Of a stretch of DNA of 64,000 bases, positions 21,501 to 33,841 are shown piece by piece. The DNA comes from Antedon mediterranea (Eukaryota; Animalia; Echinodermata), in contig NC_092675.1 of assembly GCF_964355755.1 (NCBI RefSeq), positions 6,009,812 through 6,073,811 on the forward strand, written 5' to 3'. A program made the translations under genes and the position numbers. Positions within the stretch are counted from its first letter, which is position 1. Each line of letters begins with the position of its first letter. The notes beneath the pieces are model-generated. The model made no database searches. It was not told the DNA's origin and saw nothing but the letters and a program-made list of their open reading frames with translations.

Positions 21501-23891
21501 ATGAACAATGATTAATTTTTAAATGTCGAGCGGCATTTTTTGTAAGAAATATTTCTTGTTAATTTATATTTTTATACAAATTTAATCAGATTTTAGCAGA
21601 TAACTTTTTTTGTAGATTAGTAATATTTATTTATTTATAAACAATGAAAAAGAGAGAGACAAACAAGAAATACAAACAATATATTGTAAAAAGTATCAAA
21701 ATTCATTTTATTATAAACACATTATCAACAATATATCTATTACTCCATTTTGTCAATCGAAATGGGAAACAGAATTTAGAAATGTGAACTTTAAGTGGAA
21801 TGAAATATGGTTAAAAAAAGTATATAGCATGAAACATGTAACAAAAGTAGCACAATTTAATTTTAAACTGCTACATCAGATTCTGGCATGTAAACAACGA
21901 ATGAAGATATGGAAAATATCTCCTGAAGAAATGTGCGAACACTGCCAAAACGAAATTGAGACAGACAAGCACATGCTTTTGAAATGTAAAAGTATCCAAA
22001 AAGTATGGAAAAAATTCAACAAAATGATTATAAAATGCTATACACTTGAAGAAACCGTACATGATTGGCTAGACATTGGAACAAAAAGTGAAAATGTCAA
22101 TGAATTATTATCATTGTTTACTTTTTGTATTTATAAAACAAATTTTATTAAATCATTAGAAAAGCCTTCAAAAATTAGATCAAAAGTCGTCTGGAACTTG
22201 TTCCGATTTGAGCTAAAAAATCTTATACAGAATCAATATGCTTGTAACATAAACAAGGCAAAAAAGAAATGGGGTAACGTAAAAAGAAAATTATTAACTT
22301 GTATTTCTTAAAATTACATGTATTAATTTTTAATTGTTTTATTATTATTTTAATTTTTATTTATATATACAGTATATATTTAAAACATTTTTCTATATAT
22401 ACCTTACCTACAAGTACAATGTGTAATATGAAGAATGAAATAAAAGTGGGTTGGCCCCACAAAAGAGAAAAAAAAAAGATTAATAATATAAAAAAAAGTA
22501 AAATAATTACTAGGCCTAGTATTTATTATTATTTAGGCCTAGTTAGGCACACACAGGGGGAATCGAATAGGAATAGAGGTAAATTACGGCGCTAGTTCCG
22601 TTTCGCACCTGTCGTTTATTTCGACTCAAAATTGGTTAAGTAACTTTATCGTGAGTACCACACCTTAGAATTAGGCCTCAAAAATATTTTTACGAAGGAG
22701 ATCACACAAAAAGTAAAAAATAAATCCTTTAAATTGATGAATTTACAGACGTGTTTTTCGCACATCGGTTCGTGAATTTCGCATACTCCATGTTCAATGT
22801 TGTTGTTTCTATGGAGCGCCAAAAGAGCAATCATAATAGAGGGCTAAAAACTCAATAAATTGCGTATATTTAATGCATTTATTGGTGAAAATTACGTTCA
22901 ATTTTATCATATTTTGTCAATGTCAATGCAACAAAAATATTACTGTTGATACTGTACATGGTTTTTGCAGAAACTTTTAGGAATGAAAATCGACAAATTC
23001 ATCATCATATTACATGTACTGTAGGGGTATACCTGATCTAAATAATATTCCTCTTATTAGTCTTACTCTTAGGTCTAGGCTAGGGTTGGTTGCTATTTGA
23101 AAACAGCAAATTATTAGCAGTAAAATGTTACAGCATTTTTATTGACAAAATATATTAAAATTAAACGTGTATTTCAATAATAAATGCATTAAAAGAAGAC
23201 GCATTCCACTGAGTTTTTAACCATCTATTGTTGTTGCTCTTTTGGCGCTCCATAGAAACAAAAATATTGAACTTCGAGTATGCTAAATTCGCGAACGGTA
23301 TGCGAGAAACATGTCTGTAAAATCATCAATTTAAGGATTTATTAGTTACTTTTTATGTGATTCTTCTTCATAAAAGTACTTATGAGGCCCAATTTTAAGG
23401 TGTGGTATTCACAATAAGTTGCTTAACAATTTGGAGTCAAAAGGAAGTCGAAATAAAAACAGGTGCGAAACGGAACTAGCGCCTAAATTACCACAGACTC
23501 AGTACACTACCAAGTTGTCTTTTTGTTTGGTGGTACTGGTATACAACTTAGTTAGGCTAGTCAGACAGGCCACTTTCATTCAAGACAGGCTACGTACTAG
23601 TAGTAGTACTGTAGTAGTACAGTGGTACTATCTATGAGAGGGCTATAATAGGCATGGCCCTAGCTAGCTAGGCCTAGCTAGAGTAGTAGTAGTAGTAGGG
23701 CCTAGTAGGTTAAGGCTAGCCTGATAATGATTCATCACAATTTTCAACATAAAAATTAATACCTCTCTCCAATTTTCTTCAGTTAGCCCATCAGTGTATG
23801 GTTTTCTAGGTAAAGTATCCATAAAAGCATCTATTTTAGCATCTAAATCTTGGGCGAGTTCATGAGCTTTTCCATGATTTGAGGCTGCCAT
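15502..23891 (-). CDS. TTC4: Tetratricopeptide repeat protein 4 (Cns1/TTC4 Hsp70/Hsp90 co-chaperone), 10 exons, ~384 aa
   Basis: Exons 23763-23891, 20704-20809, 19896-20057, 19331-19476, 18958-19014, 17693-17779, 16987-17186, 16670-16757, 16247-16329, 15502-15598 are in frame (1155 nt). TPR clamp YKDDGNDCFKKKKF...LYTNKAAAEYHLGNFRSSLND; wheel-domain motifs LIWPVRFMYPEH and GTPAFIVL. Confidence 0.95.
17865..18480. repeat. Minisatellite, 65-bp unit x ~9, built from ~20-bp subunits
   Basis: GGCCCTATAAGTACCTCAGAGGGATCATA recurs at 17911, 17976, 18041, 18106, 18171, 18236, 18301, 18366 and 18431. Confidence 0.95.
20170..20680. repeat. G-rich degenerate tandem repeat (GTGGGGTTAGTAAWAGTAGG)
   Basis: More than 20 imperfect units of about 17-24 bp in TTC4 intron 2. 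Confidence 0.9.
20950..21560. mobile_element. Interspersed ~550-bp repeat (second copy at ~42990-43490)
   Basis: Shared blocks GCTGCTCTAGCCAGCTA, GTATCTAAGGCCGACAGTTTTG, CTAGAGGGTATTCAGTTGCATGC and GGGCATGTGAWTCATAATTA. Confidence 0.8.
21640..22500 (+). mobile_element. 5'-truncated non-LTR retrotransposon (L1/Tx1-like) 3' end
   Basis: ORF 21784-22311 has the post-RT zinc-binding motif FKLLHQIL...WKI...CEHC..EIETDKHMLLKC...VW, followed by a 3' UTR and A-rich tail. Confidence 0.8.
22588..23483. mobile_element. Foldback DNA element with long inverted arms and 8-bp TSD (Merlin/MULE-like)
   Basis: Termini GGCGCTAGTTCCGTTTCGCACCTGT and ACAGGTGCGAAACGGAACTAGCGCC. TAAATTAC on both flanks (22580-22587, 23484-23491). 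The arms stay complementary for about 350 bp. Confidence 0.9.
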
Positions 23892-24171
23892 TGTGTATAC
23901 GTTCACGCATAAAAAATTTAAACCTCATGGATGGATTTTTTGGAAAGTGAGAGGTCAACAATGATGTAACAGGTCGGCAGTGACGTAGGGAAATCCCCTA
24001 CGACAGCGCCATCGGTCAGTTGGTATTATTCAATCGGGTTTACATTCTGGATGAAAGATAAATCTTTGGAAAAACTTGGTAGAAAATGCTGTAAAAGATT
24101 ACCTATTTTGAAATTCCTTATTTTATTGCATTCGGCATTAACATTCAGGCTTAAGAATATCTACAAATGAA
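23892..24171. promoter_or_regulatory. Bidirectional promoter region TTC4/REX1BD
   Basis: Under 300 bp between divergent starts (the REX1BD start is tentative). Contains CRE-like TGACGTA, NF-kB-like GGGAAATCCCC inside the near-palindrome CGTAGGGAAATCCCCTACG, and GCGCCATC. Confidence 0.65.
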
Positions 24172-26787
24172 ATGGTTTGATATAATAACGTCATTACTGT
24201 AGTCATTATTATTTTTAAGTTATAGTGTAGGCATGGCCCATGCATGGAAGTAACAAATGTTACCTCCATGAATGGTGTAGGTGTATTAATATTATATATT
24301 ATTATTATGGCAGCTAGCAACATACAGTGAGTAGGCGATTTATAGAAGTATACATGCCTCTTTAAAATTAATAAAACAATTATAATTGCATGCCCTAGAT
24401 AATAATATCTAACTTAACTCTATGCCTGGAATCTTGGGGGAGAGAGTCTGTGAAATCATTTCTTTCATGCAAACAAAAAACAAACTTTCAAGGAAACCCA
24501 GTCACTAATTCACTAAACATTATAATATTATAAAACAATAATATAATATATTTCAGAAGTCGGAGCAAAATGACCCTGAACCAACGGACTCGGAACCCAA
24601 ACAACTTCTTCATGAATTTTATACATTACAAGAGCAAAGAGTGACAGCTTTTAAAATGCTAGATAAGTATGTTTAAAAAAAGCTAATATTTATTGAACAT
24701 AATTTTTTTATTTCATAGAAAATTGCTCCATAATGAAGTAGCTGGCCTATAAGTCGGGTTTAATTGAATAATGTCTTTTATTTATAATCAATATAGAATT
24801 TCATAAAACCGTGCATGACTTATTCTGCGTGGCTCTGATGTCATAAACAAAGTTTGTATTATATTGTATTATATATTTTGAAAAAGTTGCAAAATATTCT
24901 GTTTACAAGTTTTAGAGAAACGCTATGGACAAAAATGGCAGTAAAAAATAAGAATAACAAATGTTAAAAAAAAAAAGATCCTGACAATCACAAGGGTTAT
25001 CTGCAATATCTTGCGGATAACCAATGAAGAAATTATTTACATTTTACTAAACATTTTAGCCTGTCATGTAAAACTGTTTAAAATCCATGAAAAGTAATTT
25101 TTTAGCATCTCGTATTCTTTTTATACGACTTCAAAAATGAATAATATATTTTCATTTTCTAGTGCACATACAGCATACCTCAGTACAGCACCAGACTATG
25201 ATTTTCAAAGTTACAAACAAAAAGTGCATAGTATAACAGAAGATTTCAATCGTATTTCCCAGCGTATCATTTTAATAGAAAAGTTGTTTCGCGACAAACA
25301 TGAAAAGATCGCAGTAGCTGATTGCTTGACTCAAGTACAGACGATGGAAAAACAACATCTTGAATTGGTAATGAAAGTTTTCCAAAAGAAGTTTTTCTAT
25401 TTTCTACTATTAAAGTGCCCATATATGGTAGTGATATGCTCAAATATGGTAGTGATATAACATGACATGTCCATATATGGGCACATCACATTTTTTTATC
25501 ACATAAAGTTTGATAGTGTAGACAGTGCTTAAAAACTGTCAACTATTGTTCCTACAGTATCTCCTCAAAAAAGTTTCCCCACCACCTTTCACATATCATA
25601 TCATACGAACCCCCTCCCTAACCTATTAGCTATCAAAAGTTGTCCATGCCCCACCACCTTTCACATATCATATCATACGAACCCCCTCCCTAACCTATTA
25701 GCTATCAAAAGTTGTCCATGCCCCACCACCTTTCACAAATCATATCATACGAACCCCCTCCCTAACCTATTAGCTATCAAAAGTTGTCCATGCCCCACCA
25801 CCTTTCACATATCATATCATACGAACCCCCTCCCTAACCTATTAGCTATCAAAAGTTGTCCATGCCCCACCACCTTTCACAAATCATATCATACGAACCC
25901 CCTCCCTAACCTATTAGCTATCAAAAGTTGTCCATGCCCCACAACCTTTCACATATCATATCATACGAACCCCCTCCCTAACCTATTAGCTATCAAAAGT
26001 TGTCCATGCCCCACCACCTTTCACATATCATATCATACGAACCCCCTCCCTAACCTATTAGCTATCAAAAGTTGTCCATGCCCCACCACCTTTCACATAT
26101 CATATCATACGAACCCCCTCCCTAACCTATTAGCTATCAAAAGTTGTTTTTACCCGGTAAATTAACATTCTTTAATTGATTTCTTCAATTCAGATTGCTG
26201 AATTGCAACTGGCTAAGCAGAACATGCAGGACATTCCAAATGATGAAAATGTTCGAGAGTTAATGATATTTATTAAACAGCGGTAAGCCTGTTGGGTGTA
26301 TTTAAACTAGTTTGTTCTTACTCTTTCTCTATAAAATATTGTATTATATATTTATTTAATTTAGTTTATTTGACCTAGGCCTATGTACAAGCTGTTATTT
26401 TTGGTCTTCCTTTCATTTATATTCATATCCTTTATTCCCTCCGGTATCATCCAGTACAACAGGAAGTTAAGAAGATAATATTATCTTGTATTTTTTTAGA
26501 TGTTTTTATATGAATGGTTTTATGCTATATTTGTTTTATTGTGTTTTCTTTGTTATTATGACAAGCAATGAATTTCCTTTTTGAGGATCAATAAAAGTTA
26601 TCTTATCTTATCATTGAAAAAATTTGTACATACAATAAATGAAATAAATAAGTTACTTTTGAATAATTTTTTTTCAAATATATTTGTTAAATTGTTATAC
26701 TACAGGTTGAACAAACTGTTAGAAGAAATTGCAGAACATCTTGAAAATTTGAAATACGAGACAGAAGATTTATTAGACCAGGATTGA
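24172..26787 (+). CDS. REX1BD: Required for excision 1-B domain protein (C19orf60 ortholog), ~162 aa
   Basis: Exons 24557-24666, 25163-25367, 26194-26282, 26706-26787 are in frame: FYTLQEQRV...HTAYLSTAPDYDFQSYKQKVHSITEDF...EEIAEHLENLKYE. The start is tentatively an ATG-only coding exon (24172-24174, ATG|GTTTGA). Confidence 0.88.
25577..26146. repeat. Minisatellite, 72-bp unit x 8, nearly perfect
   Basis: Unit CCCCACCACCTTTCACATATCATATCATACGAACCCCCTCCCTAACCTATTAGCTATCAAAAGTTGTCCATG, in a REX1BD intron. Confidence 0.97.
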
Positions 26788-28223
26788 CGTCAAAAAGATA
26801 AATGGCAGTGTCAACATGTCTTGGCGTATATTTATTTAGTCTCAAGTCAACATGTAAAGTTAAAAATGCAGTATTACTATTCAACTGATGACCAAGTCCA
26901 TAGTACATCATCGGCGTCAATACAAATCAACTGATCGTGGGATGTCACAAAAGAGTGTCTAGAAAACAGACAGTTTTCTATACAATTCTGACGCCCATAA
27001 CAGCACCTACTACACTGCAGAAAGGCAGATGTACACAAAATAAGATCAAAACTACAAATTTGATGGCAACAAAAACCTTTGTCTGATCTCCAATAAATAC
27101 ACTTGCACAATTATTCCACAGATCATTTTTTTTTATTCTCTCGTACAAAATACCACAACTGTTAAACTACTATGTTAACCAATCATTTGGGTTTCCACCT
27201 CGAAACAATGATTATGCAACCAGGCATAGTTTATTAAATTAGTTAAACATCATTAGTGTGGACAGACCTTAAGCCTGACTACAGATGTTCCATCTTCAAT
27301 ACATTTGCTGTATTCGATTGAGAAGATCCATTGTGTATTTAGTTGAGTATTTTGAACACTACGTACAAACCGAACAAACAATTTTGCGTTACCACTCGAA
27401 TACAAACAACATGTAACAGCTTTCCTGTTCAGACCTAAAGTCCCAATCGAATACTCAAATTTAAATGATTAATAATGCCCAACACTTTTTTAAATTGTCT
27501 ATGCCGGTTGAAACTGTTCTATACAGTCACACATTCAAATCAAGTTTAACTTGCTGTATTTCATATGAAACAATTTGTAAGAGAGCATGTATATCTCATT
27601 TTAAACTAGATTCATACATGCAATAAACAAAATGAGTATCAATAATATTTGAACAAGAACTCGCTCGAGTGCATTATCCTATTTTGTTCCTTGTTTAAAA
27701 ATCAATTTTTTTTTCACACGCTAATTTCTAAGGAATCTAAAAATGCAACATGGTTTTGTTTCATCTGTACACTGAAGATGCTAAACATATTGCATCGTTT
27801 AATACTTGGGAGTATACAAAAAAAATTGGAATCATGTTTAATATTAATTAGTTTAATATTAAAAAGTAACAAAAGTGTTCACATTACCCTTAATACAAAA
27901 CAATATAGTGTAAGATTTTTTTTAATGGAATTTAATATACAGTATAATTTTCTTCGGTTGAAGGAACACAATATAAGCAATAAAACTGTCCCACAGTGAC
28001 AGACAGGCATTGATACCTTGCACAGAATCTTACATAATATTATTATTTGAGCTGCTTTAGAATATGTTTTAAATTAATTTGCCTCTAGTTTCCTTGCTTA
28101 GAAGCTTAACAATTAGGTTATAAGATCAGCCCCCACAGCACCATTAGTTATTATGGCAATACATTTGGAGACGAGTATGCGTGTTTGGCGGGAATGCGTT
28201 TGCATTTAATCTACAAATGAAGC

Positions 28224-31148
28224 CTAATCCTCTTCTTTAGAAGGCGCATCAAAATTTTCAACCAAATCTGTAAAATAAATGTTTAATATTAGATTTCATT
28301 GAATGAAGTGGTGTTTTCTCACGGATCAAATCAATCCGTGCAGAATTCAGTCATCAACAAAATATGGAAAAGACTTGACCAAAGAGGCAAAATACCTCTT
28401 TGGTCAAGTCCTTTCCATGTTTGGACAAGCAAACAAATGTTACTAGCTGTAACTTTTAATCTTGTGCTGTTCATTTTTTAAAGCTTGGTTCCCACTTAGA
28501 TGCAATTCCAAGTAACAGTTGGAATGTTCCAACACATCACAATTGGTCAGATTACTTGCGGCATACTAACGTCCTTGAAATATATATTTATACTGGGTAA
28601 CCTCTTCAGTCAAAGACTTGTATCCCAGAGGGCCCAGTTGGTGATCAGTGGCTGTGATGTACTAATACACCGGGGTAACCCCCTACTCATCTCGAAAGAT
28701 GTACTAGGTTCTTTTTGTGTACACTGGACCTACGGTTTATAGTCCTTATCCGAGAAGACTCGTTCTACCATCAGAACCATGGAGTGAGTGAGCCTCGAAC
28801 CCCTGCCGATGTTATGGCTACGTAATTACGGTTCCACTGTCTTAACCGCTCGGCCACTCACTCACTCTTGTGTTGCATCCTAGAGTGAACAAAACTTAAT
28901 ATTCGACTAGCCACAACAGAAGACATCCAGCTAGCCTGTAGACAATACACCGCTCAATACTAATTATATATTTAAATGAAGGCAAGGCTAATGCACTTGT
29001 CAATTGTATGAGCCACTATGCGACCCCAAGAGAGGTTTGTCAGTCATTTGTTCGATGTGCCCATACCTTATGATTACCATGACGCACCTGTGTGTCAAAA
29101 ATGTGACTTACCTTTAGGTGACCATGACGCACCCATTTTGACGAACTCTGACCATGTTGTTTATGATATGGTGGGTGGTAAAGTGACAGACACACTATTG
29201 TTCATTGCACCCCTGAGACACTAATTATTTGTAAATGACGCACCTCTCCTGGGGGTCGTATAGTGGGTCATACAATTGACAAGTGTATAATTAGACTGTA
29301 TATAAGACATTTTTTCACACATTTGTTAACATCTTACCTGGAACGTCCTCATCATCTTCATCAATTTCATCAGGTTTTGGTGCCAAAGGTGCAACATCTT
29401 GCATGCCTGGAATGCTCTCAGCCAAGCTTTTCAATGTGGCAGTACTATCAACTCCCTAAATGTAACACGCAACAAATAATATAATATAATATTTTTTATA
29501 TGTATTTTTTTTTTGGTATTTTATTCTTTCACATCCCCAATTACACGATGATAATATAGATATAAATATAAAAACACATAAAAATAACAACGAGAAATGC
29601 CTAAAAGTTGATCTAACCTATAATCTAATGATTTGCAGCAGTGTTAACCAATTCAGGTTATTGCTATTTTAAACTTTTGTGCCTGGTATATAATATTCTT
29701 TCTTTTATTTAATTCTTCACACTTCAAATACAAAGAGTACAAATTTAGTAAGCAAGTATCAAAGAAATAATAAATGCCTAATAAAATTAATTAAAAATAA
29801 GATACTTGTACTTGCTAATTAGAGAAGTGTGAAAGGAGGTCAAATAAGTAAAAAACTTAATGCAGTCAATCCTCTTAATACCAGACTATCTGAAATTTGG
29901 TACCTCTCTCAAAATGAGACTTTCCTTACAGACAAAGGGGTCCCAAATTCTTTTCTTAACAATAAAAACTTGTTCAGAATACCAGAATTTCTGGAAAACC
30001 AGACATAGTAGGCTAGCCCAACGGTGTTGGGTAAACAATATTTTTTAATTTGTGGCCGGTAGGGTTTAGCATGGGTACATCCCTGATTAGGTAAACATTA
30101 TAATAAGCATTTCAGTACTGTATTTTAAGTAGGGCAGGTTTCTGCGGCATAAAAACTTTAACCGTTTATTGCTGGGCAATTTTTGGCTGCAACATGAAAT
30201 TTCGGAAATTTGATTGACAGCTGCTGACCCCGAGTCAACTACATGGCAGTAACGTTTGAATTAACCGCCAGGACCAATTGCATTTTGGGTAATTCTAACG
30301 ACCACCCATTGATTTAACCGGTTATTTCTGAGCACAAATTGAACAGAAACAGTCTTGTTATTTTTAATCCATTTTAAAATAAACGGTTAATTTGTGTTGT
30401 GCAGCAGAAACAGGCCCTAAATCTACACCATACTAAACTTCATTCTTACAAGTTGACTTAGGATTCCTGGGAGCATTTCTGTAATTTTTTTTATTTCTCC
30501 GTGTCCTGTGATAGCAAATGTGTTTGCAGCTAAGGAAGCTTGGACCTTTGGGTTATTGAAATGAATTAAGGTTCCATCATCTCTTATCATATTTACCTGC
30601 AATAAAAATAATAGTGTGATATCACCAGTATATAGATGAGATAGTAGTATTTCAATCTCAGAAATAAAAAACTAAGAACATTGCCAAAACCTGCTCAAAA
30701 TCACTTAACATTGATTAATTTCTTAGGACTATATTGTTTAAAGGTTTGGATGGCGAAATCAAATGTTGATATAAAGTTTGCAGTACACCACGTATATTAT
30801 TTCTGAAAAGAACTTTTTTGAGTTTCTAGACGTTTCGATCAATATGTTTTGATCGTCCTCAGGAGTGAGAATGCAGAAAGTCCAGGAAACTTGGAATATA
30901 AGTGGAAAAGGGTGGGATTGGTGTGAAAGCCAGAAACAATAGCAAGTTCACACAGTCCAAGAAATACTCACTTCTTCAATTCCTGGTATATTATTAGTCT
31001 GTAGTTTTTTTAAAGTTGCTTGGAGTTTTTTATCGTCTGTTGTTGCTGTTTTGTGTACTACCTTTTTCTTTCGCCTAGCACTTCCTTTACCTCCTATCCT
31101 TACTTGGCCTGCACTTGCCTTCAACTTATTTAATTTTTCTTGATTCAT
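28224..31148 (-). CDS. BTF3: Transcription factor BTF3 / NAC beta subunit, ~161 aa
   Basis: Coding exons 30972-31148, 30450-30596, 29338-29455, 28224-28267 (486 nt): [57 protein letters not shown] probable non-coding exon 1 ends at about 35058 (donor GTGAGT). BTF3 and BTF3L4 are vertebrate paralogs, so this is likely their pro-ortholog. Confidence 0.96.
28590..28866 (-). mobile_element. tRNA-derived Deu-domain SINE (copy 2, near full length) nested in a family B MITE
   Basis: A box TGGCCGAGCGG, B box GGTTCGAGGC, Deu-like core, 3' tail TCTTTGACTGAAGAGGTTACCCAGTATA. Flanked by MITE halves at about 28482 and 28897. A 3' fragment lies on + at about 41123-41232. Confidence 0.85.
28991..29288. mobile_element. 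MITE with ~50-bp imperfect TIRs
   Basis: CACTTGTCAATTGTATGAGCCACTATGCGACCCCAAGAGAGGT pairs with ACCTCTCCTGGGGGTCGTATAGTGGGTCATACAATTGACAAGTG. Confidence 0.8.
30130..30419. mobile_element. MITE (related copy at ~7040-7370)
   Basis: Ends TAGGGCAGGTTTCTGC and GCAGAAACAGGCCCTA. Internal GCAGTAACGTTTGAATTMACCGCCAG is shared with the OXCT1 intron 2 copy. Confidence 0.7.
30820..30870 (-). ncRNA. Minimal type I hammerhead ribozyme motif (Penelope/retrozyme-type), probably decayed
   Basis: Minus strand: ACTC-CTGAGGA-C-GATCAA-aacata-TTGATC-GAAA-CGTC-TAGA. Core boxes, a 6-bp stem II and palindromic ACGT stem III are present; stem I is mismatched. Confidence 0.7.
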
Positions 31149-31909
31149 ATTCAAGGTTAGATAACTATCTAATATGAAAAAAGAGTATTACATAAAGTTA
31201 ACATGATTATGAATGACCACACACACCCACTAAATAAGTACTATGTTTTAAACAGATCGGGTATCAGGCTACGTCCACTAAGAGGAGATCATGATCGTCT
31301 TTGAAAGTCATTTGTTCCAAATTCTTGCCATTTATATAACGCAACTATTAAAAGATAGATTGAATAATGTAATTTGTATGTAATCTGTATATCTGTATAT
31401 AATACTGTTAATATATATATATTTTTTTATATATTTTATATGTTACGATATATATTTTTTATATTCTTGCCTTTTTTATGTTTATTCGTATTTTTATAAG
31501 ATCTTGTATTTTTGTATTCATGACTTTTTATATATTTTTAATTAATTGTTTGAGAGCTTGTTGACGAAACGTATTTCCTTTTGGACCAATAAATTTCTGT
31601 ATTCTTATTCTGTATATAAAAAGTTTTAAATGTTAAACTTGGATCCAAGCTTCCTGTCAAATCTATAATATAATAGCTGGACCACCTCTAGTCAATCAGT
31701 TGTAGGAAAATGACAACAAATAATTATTATTACAGAATTAGGATCTACAGTACAGTATAACATAAAAAATACAACTTAACTAAATAGTATTATTAGAATA
31801 AAACAAAAAAATACCACTTAACTAGATAGTATTAATAGAACAAAACATAAAAAATACAACTTAACTAGATAGTATTATTAGAATTGAAAACAGTATAAAA
31901 TGTTAAATA

Positions 31910-33841
31910 CAGTACCGGACAGAATTATTGCAGATTTTGAACGCATTCAACGCATTGTTAAAGTGTTGACAACGCGTTGAAACTGCGTTGTCCGTTGGCG
32001 TTGGAAGTGTTGAGTTCGTTGAACTGTTTATTCAATCAACACAATGTGTTGTGTTGCGTTGAGTTTGCGTTGAAATAACGAACAATCGGATTCGTATGGT
32101 ATTTACAGATTGCCAGTGTGTATTAGTAGTAGTAGTAATAGTATAAAATACAGTATTACAAATAATGAAGAAAACAAACATAATATATGAGCCGTGTCTG
32201 CCATCGCAGTTAAAGTAGTGGTCATGTCCTCAATTACTGTGTGCCTATATTAACTGGAGTATTAAATACCAAAGTTAAGGCGGCGGTGAATCTTGGAGGC
32301 TAGGTCACATCGTAATTAATTATTTCCAAACTAAAAACTTCGCAGTACTGTACTACATTTTTCTCGATTATTTATAAAAACAACGTAGCCTACACCCGCC
32401 GCCGTGGAACATAACGATCCAGCATGGTCGTCGTCTTTTTCACGCATGCTTTTCGTGACGTGAGGGACGAACTGATCGAAAGGTAAAGAGTTCATTCATT
32501 ATGAAATAACGCGTAATTAAAAGGGAAAAAATCGTTTAGTTTTAATATTATCCATAAATATATCATTATCATGTACTATATTATAAATTAATTATTGTGA
32601 TGCCTAACGTAACCCATGCAGAGAAAAGCGTTAAATATAATAACCAAGAAAAAGGAAAAACCAATCTGATGACAATAGGCAATGTTAGGCGTTTTCTTTA
32701 AAATCAAAACCTGTGCCATACCATATTATTCACGCCTAGGTGTAACCCACAAATATCAGAATAAAGAACCACTTTATTCTGATGCAAGACAATATATTAT
32801 TATAGGCGAGGTTTAGGCGTTTTCTCTTTAACATACTATTGTTTCTTAATACTGTATAATTATATTGGCCTCCTCCTGAAACTGTATGAATGGATGGGAG
32901 TTGCGAGAATATGCGAGCGAACAGCCAACATTTTAAACAGTTATAGTGTGATGCTTTTCAAAACGTGCAACGTTTTCAACGCGTTCAACGCTATGGAATT
33001 CAATTGTTTAACGTCGTCAATGAACGGTCAACGGGTTCAACACATTCAACACGCTCTATTGTTAACGTATTCAAAACGCTTGTTGTACTTAAAAATGTAA
33101 TGTTGTTCGATTTATAAAGATTTGGTTCATGGGTGTCGGACACGTCAAATTTTTTAGTTCTTTCAAATTACATTACAACAAACAATGGGACAATTATAAA
33201 ATAAAAACCAAAATAGAGAAAACAATATTTTAACTTTATCTCTTGAATCTCGAACAGCTAAAAAATGTAGGCCTAAATAAAATTAATTACTTCGTCGTCA
33301 TTAACGATTGTTAAATACGTCATAACACACGTGGTGTTTTTCTTGAGGAAACCGGCGTGGCAGCCTCGTGTGTTGATGTCAGTAATTTCCACGTTGTTTG
33401 ATTTTACGACGCGAGATCGTGTTTTCTCCAGGAAGGCCTACAGTACAGTGTTAACTGTTAGACTTGGCATCGACCTTATTATTCGATGTTTTCCTTCACT
33501 AAACACTGGGAAATATCACTGTGTGTTTTATTTGGTAACTGTCCGTTCAATACTTAAAAATATATCTAAGCTTCATATATATTTTATTTATATTAAAATA
33601 TCTGGTAGTGACTGCCGATAGGTATTTTGCCTGTTGTTACTGATCGTTCAGGCGTGCAATCGGCCAGTCTAGTGCTGCAGCAGCTAGCGTTGAAATAACT
33701 CATTGTTTACTTGACATGCTGATAATGACTTTCGTTGAATAAACAACTAAACGTTGAAAGCCGTTCAACGCAACGCAAACACAACGCAACGACGACGTGT
33801 TGAATGCGTTGGGATTTTTGCAATAATTCTGTCCTGTACTG
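31910..33841. mobile_element. Non-autonomous Tc1/mariner(pogo)-type DNA transposon, 1.9 kb
   Basis: TA|CAGTACCGGACAGAATTATTGCA ... TGCAATAATTCTGTCCTGTACTG|TA, with subterminal TTCAACGC/GCGTTGAA repeats. No transposase ORF. Confidence 0.85.

Noticed and set aside
17865-26146. Regular 65-bp and 72-bp arrays as possible CRISPR arrays
   Set aside because: The units are contiguous with no unique spacers, there are no cas genes, and the context is eukaryotic introns.
28300-28360. Possible C/D snoRNA in the last BTF3 intron (TGATGA..CTGA on minus strand)
   Set aside because: The boxes are adjacent with no distal D box, terminal stem or recognisable guide.
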